Source: an uncultured Chthonomonadaceae bacterium (GTDB lineage: Bacteria > Armatimonadota > Chthonomonadetes > Chthonomonadales > Chthonomonadaceae). From it: a DNA stretch of 64,000 nt. The notes below the pieces were generated by a model. That model saw nothing but the letters and a program-made list of their open reading frames with translations, did no database searches and was not told where the DNA came from. Where the stretch lies: contig CAWIEK010000048.1 in assembly GCA_963835065.1 (NCBI GenBank), positions 32,001-96,000 on the forward strand, in the 5' to 3' direction. Below, in pieces: positions 20,534-35,812 of this stretch (positions are counted from its first letter, which is position 1; every line of letters begins with the position of its first letter). The position numbers were made by a program, and so were the translations under genes.

Positions 20534-21340
20534 TTGATAATGCTATTTACGCAACGCGCGTTTCACGGGATGCTTCTGCCGTTCGCGCTGATGAGTTTCG
20601 GCGGTATGCTGCTGACGCCCGCCGCGCAGCCGCGCGCCCTCGCCGCGCCGCCCGCAAAACTCAGTTCCAGTCTCAATGATTATATTGTACCCAAGCTGGA
20701 TGATTTCGATACCACGATGGTCGCCACTTATCACGACGATAACGCCGCCCGCAAGATCAATCGAGACATTGGCATGATGTATCAGCTCAAAGGCAATGTG
20801 CGCGTCCGCTACAAGGAAGAGAATAAATTTCGCGCGGACGGGCAACTCGGAGCCGGCAAAGGCAGTCTGATTATCAACGACACCAAACAAGTATTCAGTT
20901 TGGGCGGGCTGGGCAAAGTAAAAAGCGAACTGGGCAAAACGCCGGGCAAGCGCAAATCCCTGCTGGACATGGGCTTGATTTCCGAAGCGTATCTGACTTA
21001 CGCGCAGGGCGAATTTATTGGTGAGCGTCCGTTTGAAGGTACGCAATGCGCCGTCTTCAAGATCACCTACAAAGACCGCAGCCAGGACTCGTCGCATCGC
21101 ATCGTCTGGATTGACCCTAAAACCAAAATCACGCTGAAGCGCGAGGAGTACGCCCAGGACATCAGCGGCGGCAAGCTGCGCTCCATCTGGCTGTACCGCG
21201 ATCCCAAAGAGGTTTCGCCCGGCATCTGGTTCCCGTCGCGCATCGAACTCTTCAACAACGAAAACGAAAAAGCCGGCGTGACCACCTACACCAACACGCA
21301 TGTCAATGTCGGACTGAGTGACGACGTTTTCCGGCTGTAA
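20534..21340 (+). CDS. LolA-like / outer-membrane lipoprotein-sorting protein
   Basis: Signal peptide; VWIDPKTK..LKREEY and NVGLSDDVF motifs. Confidence 0.75.
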   Translation: MIMLFTQRAFHGMLLPFALMSFGGMLLTPAAQPRALAAPPAKLSSSLNDYIVPKLDDFDTTMVATYHDDNAARKINRDIGMMYQLKGNVRVRYKEENKFRADGQLGAGKGSLIINDTKQVFSLGGLGKVKSELGKTPGKRKSLLDMGLISEAYLTYAQGEFIGERPFEGTQCAVFKITYKDRSQDSSHRIVWIDPKTKITLKREEYAQDISGGKLRSIWLYRDPKEVSPGIWFPSRIELFNNENEKAGVTTYTNTHVNVGLSDDVFRL

Positions 21341-21343
21341 CAG

Positions 21344-21471
21344 TATTAGGTTTCAGGTTTCAGGTGTCAGGTGTCAGGTAAGGACGGCCTGATTGTTTTA
21401 ATTACTGCCGGGCACAAGATGTTAAAATCAGGCTCCTCCTGACACCTGACACCTGAAACCTGAAACCTGAA
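21344..21471. repeat. Heptamer-repeat palindromic element (TCAGGTG/TCAGGTT arm vs CCTGACA/CCTGAAA arm)
   Basis: Complementary tandem arms at 21344-21378 and 21438-21471. Confidence 0.85.
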
Positions 21472-21486
21472 TTGGGGGGTTATCGT

Positions 21487-22557
21487 ATGGGCAAGCCAGG
21501 CCCTAAGGGCGCATGGGACATCATCAAGAGCATGTCGGTGACGGAAATCGCGCGGGAGGCGAACCGTCCTCTCAGCGTTGCCGTGATTGGCGCGGCGGAG
21601 CGGCGCGAGGAAGTGATTCGCGCCCTGTTTCAGCCGGACACGCAGGCCGTCAGCGGAGATATGCAGGCGGTTCCGGCTATTGCGCCGCCAACCGCTATGC
21701 CGGAGCCGCCGTTTGTGCAGGGCTATGACGCGCTTACGGAAGACGCCAAATTCCCGCGTCAGGCCGGGGTGTACGATTTTGTCATTGATGTGGGCAATGT
21801 CAATCGGCAGGACGCGCCTGCCGGGTTGGTCGTGTATTCCGTTGCCGAGTTGGGCGGGTGGGAAGCCACGCTGGACCGGATTTTGGACGACAAGCCCGCG
21901 CTCGTGATGGCGCTGGCGCGGAATTTTCCCGTATTTCGCCGCCGCGCCGCCCAAAAAATCATTCACGATACGGCCACCGCGAACGCCCAATTTTCCCTTG
22001 TGACCGGCGTTGCCGAAGCGTTTCCCATCCTGCGCGAAATCGGCTTCCCCGGTGTTGTTCTCAGCGATGTGTTTGTCCTGACCAAAAACCAGGCGCTGAT
22101 GACCCTGCGCCTTGCCGCCGCGTATGGCCTGCCGCTGGATTACAAGAGCCGCCTGAAAGAAATCGCGCCCATTCTTGCCAATGCGTTTGGTTGGCGCGCG
22201 GTTGCCCGCGAATTGATCGGCCTGATTCCGGTTGTCGGCTTCCTTGCCAAGCCCGCTATTGCGTATGCGGGCACGGCAACAGTGGGTAAAGCCGCGCAAT
22301 TGTACTACGAGACGGGCGAGCAAGTCACGTCCGCGCAGGCCAAGAAAATCTACAAGGAAGCCTACGAAGTGGGACGAACGCGCGTCCGCGAACTGGCGTC
22401 CGCCATGCGGGGCGGCAAAGGCGGCGGGGGCGGCGGCAGCAAGCGCATCCGCGCGCAGACAGCCTTAACGGCAGAAGACGAACGGTTGCCGATTGCAGCC
22501 GAACGCGAACTTGTCCCCATTGAGGAAGCAGAGCCAACCCCTGCCGTCAGTGAGTAG
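21487..22557 (+). CDS. DUF697-like hypothetical protein
   Basis: DVFVLTKNQALM..RLAAAYG and ARELIGLIPVVG..K.AIAYAGT motifs. Confidence 0.7.
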   Translation: MGKPGPKGAWDIIKSMSVTEIAREANRPLSVAVIGAAERREEVIRALFQPDTQAVSGDMQAVPAIAPPTAMPEPPFVQGYDALTEDAKFPRQAGVYDFVIDVGNVNRQDAPAGLVVYSVAELGGWEATLDRILDDKPALVMALARNFPVFRRRAAQKIIHDTATANAQFSLVTGVAEAFPILREIGFPGVVLSDVFVLTKNQALMTLRLAAAYGLPLDYKSRLKEIAPILANAFGWRAVARELIGLIPVVGFLAKPAIAYAGTATVGKAAQLYYETGEQVTSAQAKKIYKEAYEVGRTRVRELASAMRGGKGGGGGGSKRIRAQTALTAEDERLPIAAERELVPIEEAEPTPAVSE

Positions 22558-22617
22558 CACACAATTTTATCACGTTTAGTAGGTTTGGGGAACAGCAATA
22601 ACTGTTGGCCTCCTTGT

Positions 22618-22812
22618 TCAGTAACCCATGTTCAATTCTTGCGCCTGCGCCGTGAGTTCATCCAACACTTCATGACGCAAGGTGTCTATATGCTTTTTGT
22701 ACGCGATTACATCCTCAAGCAAGATACAGCATTGCCCACCCGTCTTGCAGCAGGCGATCTGTCCTTGCTCCAGCAGTCCATTCAGGAAAGGCTGTGACAC
22801 ATTTAGAATTCT
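22618..22812 (-). pseudogene. Excisionase-like HTH protein, C-terminal remnant
   Basis: LNVSQPFL..LLEQGQI...LEDVIAYK...LDELTAQAQELNMGY; 5' part and usual PIN partner missing. Confidence 0.7.
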
Positions 22813-22903
22813 CGACGACTTGTTGAAGCGTGAATTTATCCTTATGAAGGATCGTTGTTTGCTCTGCTGACATAAGTTTTCCTGTGTGCCTATGTTTGCG
22901 CCA

Positions 22904-23185
22904 TCAAGCGTGAAGGGGTACAGCAACGGGCGTGAAATCTTTCAGGATGGTTGAAATATCAGGATGCGTCCAGTCAGTTTCAATTTCTACATCTACCTCT
23001 TCACCCATACACACCTCACGGCGCAGACGCGCCAGCAACGCCGTGTCTGTTACCTGCACCATCTGAGAATGTAATTTCTGTTTGCCATCCGGGCGCGTCA
23101 ACAGTTTGGAAAACGCCAGCAACGGCGGCTCCCCGTCCACAATTCCACGAAACTGAACACGTTCTATCAATGTCTCCGGTTTCAT
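22904..23185 (-). CDS. Hypothetical protein
   Basis: ATGA-coupled to the upstream ORF. Confidence 0.6.
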   Translation of the reverse strand: MKPETLIERVQFRGIVDGEPPLLAFSKLLTRPDGKQKLHSQMVQVTDTALLARLRREVCMGEEVDVEIETDWTHPDISTILKDFTPVAVPLHA

Positions 23186-23691
23186 TCTGACTTTCTCCCC
23201 CACCTCAACGTCGGCAATCTTTCCGCTAATGGCGGCAGGTCTTCTATCATTTCACCTGTGCCGCCAGTCTCCGTATATCTTTCCCGAAATAAATCGTAAA
23301 CACCTTCTTGATTATAACGCCGCGCCAGCGACAAAGCCAGGCGTTTACTGGTTACAGTCACCAATATATCCAAATACGTTCGCCCTGTTTCCACGTTGAA
23401 CCATGTTCCAATACAGCAACGGGGATCAGAAAGCAATGCCTGATTAGCATTGATAAAGGCGGCAAGCAGTTCCGATGAAATACGTCGGCCTGTAACGATG
23501 CGGCTGCGATCCGGGAAGGCGCTGACAGAGTACAGCCTCTGCTTGAGTTGATTTCCAAAATAAAGGCTGAATGTTGCGCCACCCGCCTGCTCATGGAGTG
23601 CAAGCACTTCTTGAATTACTATGTCTATGCTTATTGGTTCCGGCAAGGAAGTATTGGGAGGTGTCAGATGAGTTTTAAGAGTGGTCGCCAT
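23182..23691 (-). CDS. Hypothetical protein
   Basis: GAGGAGG SD; GGATF...IGTWF..ETGRTYLD...NQEGVYDL motif. Confidence 0.7.
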   Translation of the reverse strand: MATTLKTHLTPPNTSLPEPISIDIVIQEVLALHEQAGGATFSLYFGNQLKQRLYSVSAFPDRSRIVTGRRISSELLAAFINANQALLSDPRCCIGTWFNVETGRTYLDILVTVTSKRLALSLARRYNQEGVYDLFRERYTETGGTGEMIEDLPPLAERLPTLRWGRKSE

Positions 23692-23810
23692 CGCCTCCTC
23701 TTTCACCATACAGCCCTTAATTTCCTGCGAAATGCAGATAGCTACAACCTCACCCAAAAAGAGGAGGGATGAAAAATTCATCCCTCCTCGTTCATCCCTC
23801 ATTCCTGCTC

Positions 23811-26800
23811 TTAAACGTCGTCGCCGTCTTCCATCGTGTCGGCGTCCATTGCGTCAGCGTCCTGGGAGCCGAACTTCAGCGCGGTGTCCAGATCGCTGAG
23901 TTTGCCCATCACTTCCGACATGGTGAGTTCCATGCCGTTTTCCTCACCCGGCCCCGTCAGCGAGCCGAGTTCGATGTCTACCTCCTGGAACCCGTCCATC
24001 GGAAGCGGGATCAGGGCGCGAAGCCGTCCGTCCAAGCAGGGGAACGTCCTCGTCCTCGTCAATGAGCGGCAGGTTCTGCTCGTTTTCGCGCTTGAGCGGT
24101 TCGACGATCAGCGGCGTACCGTCCGGCGTTGCCAGTTCCAGGCTGCGGTACGAAGGCAATCCGGTTCCCGCCGGGATCAGGCGTCCGATGATAACGTTTT
24201 CCTTCAAGCCGACCAGTTCGTCCTTCTTGCCGCGTACAGCGGCTTCGGTCAGGACGCGGGTTGTCTTCTGGAACGACGCTGCCGACAGGAACGACTCGGT
24301 TGCCAGCGACGCCTCGGTAATACCCAGCAGCACCCAGTCGGCTGTGGCTTCCTGGCCCGGCGTTGCCATGTTGCGAACGCGCGTGTTCTCGTCCTCGAAC
24401 ACGAACTTGTCCACGATCTGCCCCGGCAGGAAGCGGCTGTCGCCCGGATGGCGCACTTTGCGCTTGCGCAGCATCTGCCGCACGATCACTTCCACGTGCT
24501 TGTCGTTGATGTCTACGCCCTGTCCCTTGTACACGGATTGAATTTCGCGCACCAGGTATTCCTGAACGCCCCTTGTGCCTTGCAGTTCCAGCACCTTCTG
24601 CGGATCCAGCGGGCCTTCCGTCAGCCGGTCGCCCGGATGCACTTCCTGGCCCTTTTCCACTTCCAGGTCGCCGCGATAAGGAACCATGTACACGCGCCGC
24701 ACCGTGACCGCTTTCATGCCCATTGCCACGATTTTGCGCAGGTGCTTGTCCGTGATCTGCTCGCCCGCGTTGACAAGCGGTTCGCCGCTTTCATCCAGAA
24801 TGTTTTCCGCCGCAATCGCGTCGGTTCCCAATCCCTGATGCGCCAGATGCTCGTTGAGTTCAACGGGCGTATGCAGCACGACGTTGCGCAGCCCCTTGCT
24901 TTCAATGTCGGCCACGACGCCCGAAAGCTCGGTGACAATCGCCTGTCCTTTGGGCTTACGCGCCTCGAACAGTTCCACGACGCGCAGCAGCCCGCCTACC
25001 TGATCTTCCAGCACCTTCAGCACGGCCTGAATCGAGCGGACTTTTTCGCGCTCCGAGCCTTCCGCTTCTTCCAGGCGCACGATACCGGTTTGTATGTCGT
25101 TGTGCAGTTCGCGCAGGTTGTTTTGCCGCTTCTGCTTGACGTTGGCAACGCCCGTTAGCACCGCGCTGGACGCGACGCCGCCCGTATGGAAGGTTCGCAT
25201 CGTCAACTGCGTTCCCGGTTCGCCGATGGACTGCGCGGCAATAATGCCCGTCGCCACGCCAATGTCCACAAGCCGCCCCGTCGCCAGGTCGCGCCCGTAG
25301 CACTTGGCGCACACGCCCTGCCGCAGTTCGCACGTCAGCACGGAGCGTACAACCACGCTCATCGTTGTCGTGATCTGGTAAATGGTTTCGGCGCGGCGAT
25401 ACGTGCCGTCCGCCCGTTTCAGCGCGCCCACCTTGCGTACGCCTTCGGGATTGTCCAGAATGGCCTGCGCTTCGCGGCGGGTCATGGCCGTGCCCCGCGT
25501 GACCGGAATAGTCTGCCCGTCTCGCTCAAACGTGACTTCCTGCCCGCTCAAGGTCACGATATCATCCGTCGCAATGCGAACATCGTCCACGCTGCGCGCC
25601 TCGACATCCATGATGTCTTCATTGGCCGGAACGATCACTTCGCCCGTGATCGGGTTGACCAGGTCTTCGGTCGGGTAGCGGCCTTTCAGACGCTCACTGA
25701 GCGGTTCCAGAACCTCGCCGCCCTCCAGAATCTCCCGAACCGTGACGCCCTGATTGGTTCCGCAGTCAGTGTCGCGCACGATCACGTCCTGCGCCACGTC
25801 CACCAGGCGGCGGGTCAGATACCCGGCGTCTGCGGTGCGCAGGGCGGTGTCGGCCATACCTTTGCGCGCGCCGTGCGTGGACACGAAGAACTCCAGAACG
25901 CTCAAGCCTTCGTGGAAGTTGGACTTGATGGGCAGTTCTTCGATCAGGTTGCCGAACGGGTCGGTCATCAGGCCGCGCATCCCGGACAACTGCGTCACCT
26001 GCTTTTTGGAGCCGCGCGCGCCGGATGTGGTGATGATGTTGATCGGGTTGTACTGCGCGAAGCCTTCCATGATAGCGCCGGCAACGTCTTCCGAAGCGTT
26101 CAGCCACGTCGTCAGCACTTTGGACTTGCGCTCCTGAGCGGACAGCGTACCCCGCGCGTACTGCTGGTTGGTGCGCCGCACGTCGTCTTCCGCCTTGCGG
26201 ATGATCTCGTCGCGCTTGCCGGGAACGTCCATGTCGGTCATGGCAATGGTAATGCCGCCCTTCATGGCGTACTTGAAGCCGATGGCTTTCAGTTCGTCCA
26301 GGAAGTTGATGGTGGCTTCCTTGCCGTGCGTTTCATACACGTCCGATACCACGCCCGATACGCCGGTTTTATTCAGCGTGGCGGTCTTGCCGACAAGATA
26401 CTTGTCCGTATACTTCAGGCGCGAGGGCAAAATCTGGTTGAAGATCAGCCGTCCCGCAGTGGTCAGGTGCGTGGTGTCCAGAATGTTTTCTTTGCTGGAA
26501 TTGCGCACCAGTTTCCAATCGTCGTCCGCTTCGTCCCGTTTGTGGCCGATCACCTCGTTGACCACTTGGGCGTCGGCCTCAAAGCCCAGGCGGTGCGGCA
26601 GGCGGACACTGATGGGTTCATGCAGGTCGAGTTCGCCCAGGCTGTGGGCGAGCATCGCCTCTTCCGGGCTGCTGAACACATAGGCGCGGGGCTTGTTGCC
26701 GGGTTTCAATTCGCGCATCATGGTCAGGTAGAAGCACCCAAGAATGATGTCCTGCACGGGCGCGACAATCGGGCCGCCGTTTGCCGGGCTGAACAGGTTG

Positions 26801-28683
26801 TGCGAACTGAGCATCAGAATACGCGCTTCGGCCTGCGCATACGCCGACAAAGGAACGTGAACCGCCATCTGGTCGCCGTCGAAGTCGGCGTTAAAAGCGT
26901 GGCAGACGAGCGGGTGTACCTGAATCGCCTTGCCATCCACCAATACCGGCTCGAACGCCTGAATACCCAATCGGTGCAGGGTCGGGGCGCGGTTAAGCAG
27001 CACGGGATGCTCGCGGATAACGTCTTCCAGCGCGTCCCACACTTCCGGCTTCATCTTGTCAATCATGCGCTTGGCCGTCTTGATGTTGCCCGTGTACTGG
27101 CGCTCCACGAGCGTTTTCATTACGAACGGCTTGAACAGTTCCAGCGCCATTTCTTTGGGCAGGCCGCACTGGTGCAGTTTCAAGTGGGGGCCGACCACGA
27201 TGACGGAACGCCCGGAATAGTCCACGCGCTTGCCCAACAGGTTCTTGCGGAAACGGCCTTCCTTGCCCTTGAGCATGTCGGAAAGCGATTTCAGGGCGCG
27301 GTTGTTGGAGCCGACGACCGGGCGGGTACGCCGTCCGTTGTCAATCAGCGCGTCAACGGCTTCCTGAAGCAGCCGCTTTTCGTGGTTGACAATGGACTCG
27401 GGCGCCCGAATCTCGGTAATCTTCTTCAAGCGGTTGTTGCGGTTGATGATGCGCCGGTACAGGTCGTTCAGGTCGGACGTGGCGAAGCGCCCGCCGTCTA
27501 ACTGCACCATAGGCCGCAGTTCGGGCGAAATCACGGGAACCGCATCCAGAATCATCCATTCGGGGCGGGCTTTGGACGCGATAAACGCTTCGCTGATTTC
27601 CAGTCGCTTGATGGCGCGAATCTTCTTGGGACCCTGCGTGTTCTGCACTTCCTGCTTGAGTTCGCGGCTCAGTTTGTCCATGTCAATCTCAAGCAGCAGT
27701 TCTTTGATGGCCGCGCCGCCCAAACCGGCCTTGACGACTTCGCTGTAATCCACGTCCAGGCGGCGGCTGATAACGTCGCTCAGGCGCTCGATAGCCCGGA
27801 ACTGGTCTTCCGAAATCAACTGCCGCTTTTCGATTTTTTCCAGCAGGGTCAGGCTTGCGGCCAGTTCGTCAATCCGCTCCTGCGCGTCTTTTTCTTCCTG
27901 CTTGATGCGCTCGATGAGATAGGCATGCTTTTGGGCAACCGTTTCATCGTCCCAGTATTCCAGTTCGCCGTAGCCTTCCTCATCCAGAAACGCTTCCGGG
28001 TCCAGATCGTCGGCTTCCAGGTCGTCTTCTTCTTCCCCAACCAGTTCCAGCGGAGCCTTGCCGTTGGACGCTGCCGCAGGCGCGACAACGGGCGCTTCCT
28101 CGCCTTCCGGCGGGGGCGGCGGCACGGACTGGTGTTCCTTGACTTCCTTGTTGAACTCGCGGGTGAGGCGTTCCTCAATGCCCGCCTTCTCCTCCATGAT
28201 TTCTTCGGTTTCTTCCTGCACGGCGGAGCGGATGTCGGTCAGGTCAGCGTTGATACGCGCCCGATCCACCTGCGTCACGATGTAGGACGCGAAGTACAGC
28301 ACTTTTTCCAGCGGGCGCGGCGAAATATCCAGAATCAGGGCGAGCGGACTCGGTACGCCCTTGAGATACCAGATATGGCACACGGGCGCGGCCAGTTCGA
28401 TATGTCCCATGCGTTCGCGGCGCACCTTGCTGCGCGTCACCTCGACGCCGCAGCGGTCACACACGATGCCCTTGAATTTCACTTTTTTGTAGCGTCCGCA
28501 ATGACACTCCCAGTCCTTCACGGGGCCGAAGATGCGCTCGCAAAACAGGCCGTCGCGTTCGGGCTTGAAAGTGCGGTAGTTGATGGTTTCAGGCTTCTTC
28601 ACTTCGCCATACGACCACGAGCGTATCTCGTCGGGGGAGGCAATACCGATGCGAATTTTACTAAACATGCTGGCGTCAGCCAT
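23811..28683 (-). CDS. rpoC: RNA polymerase beta' subunit (one frameshift in the acidic tail near 24030)
   Basis: KPETINYRT, Zn-finger, NADFDGD catalytic motif, [32 protein letters not shown]. Confidence 0.98.
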
Positions 28684-28753
28684 AATCGCTTATCCTCCAC
28701 AAAATTCCCGGCAGCCAGTTTCGCGCCTGCCGGGCAGCTAACAGACAAACTGA

Positions 28754-28922
28754 TCACACAGAGACACTGAGACCAGAGCTTTCACAAGGAGAGAATAGAG
28801 AAGATCAAGAAGTTTTACAGGATACGTTCTGACTCCAACGCAGTGCGTTAAGCCGGAAGTTCCGCTCTGAACCCTCTCTTCTTTTCTCTGTGAATCCTCT
28901 GTGTCTCTGTGCCTCTGTAGTG
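28754..28922. repeat. CACAGAG-type inverted-repeat element between rpoB and rpoC
   Basis: CACAGAGACACTGAG left arm; CTCTGTGTCTCTGTGCCTCTGT right arm; same family as 49379-49671. Confidence 0.75.
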
Positions 28923-28932
28923 CGATGAATTC

Positions 28933-33149
<4,217 letters not shown>

Positions 33150-33187
33150 GAAAAACGCCTCCCCTGAATGCGCGGGTTAAGCTGTGG

Positions 33188-33273
33188 CACGAAAAGGATG
33201 AAGACAAAAAGGACAAGAGAGGATTTCCGTAGTGCTGGGTTGCCTCTGTCGTCCTTGTGTGCCTTCATCCTTA
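33188..33273. repeat. Imperfect inverted-repeat element in the rpoB 5' region
   Basis: AAGGATGAAGACA..AAGGAC arm pairs with GTCCTT..CTTCATCCTT; left arm recurs at 34407-34437. Confidence 0.65.
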
Positions 33274-33542
33274 TCTAAAAGGTAAAAATGCCGGTTCGCT
33301 CGGCAAAATGGCCTGCTTGTCCATACGCACGAACAGCTAGGATACCACACTTCTATACGCAGTGTCAAGCGGTTTTTGTGCCCGCTCCCGCAAAATTTTC
33401 GGGAACGCCCATAATATAACTATAACATTAGACAACAGAAGGATGTGGAAAGTTGCAGCAGGCTGTTACCGGGCAGGCCATTCTATTGCTGCCCCTTGAC
33501 AAATCTACTGAATTTGCTATAATAGTTCTGTAAGTATGCGTT

Positions 33543-33938
33543 ATGAAGGAGGTCAGAGAAATGTCTGTTTTGGACGTTACCCAACCAATTAAGGAAGCAG
33601 TAAAATCTAAAACTTCTTCGCCTGCTGGATTGCAGGAGGAAAATCACAGGCTGGATTTCGCAGAACAACTGCCTTTGCCGGGCGAACACGTTGGGCCGAC
33701 ACAAACGGAACTGGCGAATTACCATTTTTATCTTGATGCCAAAAAGATAGAGGGCGTACAAGTCAGCGCTTCCGGCGGCGAAACGTGGAACGAAACAACC
33801 ATTGTCGTCACCGTGCCCGATCTACTGAAAAAAGAGGCCGATGAAGTTTTCAGCTTGAAACTGCGTATATACGATGATTTCCCGGGGGCCAGATTGAATG
33901 TACACGTACTGGAAACTGCCCCGGCTATCGGCGCATAG
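33543..33938 (+). CDS. Hypothetical protein, partner of the HEPN gene
   Basis: Acidic ORF ending 11 nt before the HEPN ORF; AAGGAGG SD before M at 33561. Confidence 0.6.
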   Translation: MKEVREMSVLDVTQPIKEAVKSKTSSPAGLQEENHRLDFAEQLPLPGEHVGPTQTELANYHFYLDAKKIEGVQVSASGGETWNETTIVVTVPDLLKKEADEVFSLKLRIYDDFPGARLNVHVLETAPAIGA

Positions 33939-33949
33939 GAGCGGAATAC

Positions 33950-34369
33950 ATGCCCGCCCCAAGAACAACCAACTCGAAATCCAGAGAGTATTTGCAGGAA
34001 GCCTACGAGAACTATCAACGCTATGAGAAATCTCTTGACCAGCAAGAGTATCTGAATTGGGCGATAGTTTTTCTTTTCTACTCTGCCGTCCATCTGATCA
34101 ATGCGTATGCCATCGCCAAACACCCGAACAAGCAGTTCCACTCACATCAGGAGAGAGATGAGTACGTCAAAGATAATTTAAGAGTCATCTACAATCGTTA
34201 TGATATACTGGAAGGGGCTAGCCGCAACGCCCGTTACGAACTGGTGCGTTATGGCCGAAACAGAGCGCTACAAATACATAACAACGCATTTAACGGCATC
34301 CGCGTTGAGCTGAAAACATTAGGATTTGAATGGGAAGTTGGGGATACCCCGCCGAATACGCAGCCCTGA
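33950..34369 (+). CDS. HEPN-domain protein
   Basis: W...LFYSAVH..AY, SHQER and SRNARY motifs typical of HEPN. Confidence 0.65.
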   Translation: MPAPRTTNSKSREYLQEAYENYQRYEKSLDQQEYLNWAIVFLFYSAVHLINAYAIAKHPNKQFHSHQERDEYVKDNLRVIYNRYDILEGASRNARYELVRYGRNRALQIHNNAFNGIRVELKTLGFEWEVGDTPPNTQP

Positions 34370-34609
34370 GCGTTTAGCAGGCGCGCTCTTGTACAGAGCG
34401 CGAGTTCACGAAAAGGATGAAGACAGAAAGGACAAGACGGGAGCATAAACCGCTTTCCTGCCTCGTCGGGAAGGCAGGAAACGCCTGCGCATTACACGCA
34501 AAGAGTTTGACAACAGGGCAGGGTAAAAGTTGCAGTTCCCTGCTTGAAAGCAAACTTCTGGAAGCCGATTTCACTTTGCGTCTGAACGCCGCTTTGCCAC
34601 TGTTTGCCG

Positions 34610-35632
34610 TCACTCGCCTTTGTTCGCCGTTACTACGACATAAGGCAGGGGCGGCGGCAGGGTTTGCGCGTGGATGGACAGGAAGTTGGCTTGCGCCAGC
34701 CATTCCGTACACTCTTCGGCGGCAAATACCGCGCCCTCTTCGCTTGTCAGCAGCATTTGCAGGGAAAACAGCGCGGCAAAGGGGGGCTGCGTTTTCGCGG
34801 CGTTCAGCATGATGTCACTGACAATGAGTTTGCCGCCGGGACGAAGTGCTTTATACGCTTTGGCAAACAACCTTTGAATCGTTTGGGGAGACATCTGGTG
34901 CAGAACGCCCGAAAACAAAACGCCGTCGTACTCCGCTTCGCCCCAGTCCGTATCCGTCGCGCTTCCGGCAAGTGTCGCTACGCGGTCACTTAACCCGGCC
35001 AGCGCGATCAATTCCTGCGCGACGGCGGCAACGCCGGGCAAGTCCAGTACGGTCGCGCGCAGTAGGGGGTACTTTTGCGCCAGCAGCATGGCGTAGGTTC
35101 CCGGCCCACCGCCGACATCCAGCAATCGGGTCGCGTCCGCAAAATCCAGAAAGCGCAGGACGCCCCGCGCCACGCCCTGCGCCCGGTTGTGCATGCCCAA
35201 TACAAACTGCCGCGTCTGCGCCGCGTCCCGGCCCAAATGATCGGAAGGCGGCACGGCAGGGGCATCCATTCGCACAGCCTGCGCCAATCTTCCCCATGCC
35301 TCATACTGCCCCGCGCCCCAGCGAATGGCGTTCCCCAGATAGCCGGGACGGTCCGGCACGAGAAACGCGGCAGCGGCAGGCATGTTGGCATACGTCCACT
35401 CCCCGGCTTGTTCCTGCTTGCGCAGCAAGTCCAGCCCAACGCAGGCGTTCAGCAGCATTTCGGTGGAGCGCAGGGACGTTTGCAGCCGGTCTGCAATCTG
35501 CCGCGCGGTCAGGGCGGCATCCGCGAGTATGCCGAAAAGGTTCAGTTCGTTGGCCGCAAGCAGCGTGGCGGAGTTCCAGTAGCCGGTCGCTAACTGCATG
35601 ATGGCGGAAGGGTCGGGACTGTCGTTGGTCAT
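34610..35632 (-). CDS. O-methyltransferase family 2 (dimerisation domain + SAM domain)
   Basis: LLAANELNLF, LLDVGGGPG, LDLP, VLH, LRPGG. Confidence 0.9.
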   Translation of the reverse strand: MTNDSPDPSAIMQLATGYWNSATLLAANELNLFGILADAALTARQIADRLQTSLRSTEMLLNACVGLDLLRKQEQAGEWTYANMPAAAAFLVPDRPGYLGNAIRWGAGQYEAWGRLAQAVRMDAPAVPPSDHLGRDAAQTRQFVLGMHNRAQGVARGVLRFLDFADATRLLDVGGGPGTYAMLLAQKYPLLRATVLDLPGVAAVAQELIALAGLSDRVATLAGSATDTDWGEAEYDGVLFSGVLHQMSPQTIQRLFAKAYKALRPGGKLIVSDIMLNAAKTQPPFAALFSLQMLLTSEEGAVFAAEECTEWLAQANFLSIHAQTLPPPLPYVVVTANKGE

Positions 35633-35753
35633 GGTGAAATTCAAGGATGAAGGATGAATATTCTTTCTGATTTCCGTCATTGGTGTTGGGTGACAATGTG
35701 AGTTGAAATAGGAAGGCTGAAGTGAAACTTGTTGGGAGAAGAGACACATTCGT

Positions 35754-35785
35754 AAAGCCGCAGTGTATTGTACACTGCGGCTTTT
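35754..35785 (-). terminator. Intrinsic terminator after the RNA-binding protein gene
   Basis: AAAGCCGCAGTGTA-ttg-TACACTGCGGCTTT. Confidence 0.75.
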
Positions 35786-35812
35786 GCGTTCAAGGCGTGT
35801 TCTGAGATGGGA

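Noticed and set aside
23811..24062. Separate small acidic gene after rpoC
   Set aside because: Better explained as the frameshifted C-terminal tail of RpoC
25186..27501. 771-aa plus-strand ORF and other long antisense ORFs over rpoC, gltB, gltD and the porin
   Set aside because: Shadow ORFs from GC-rich codon bias opposite well-supported genes
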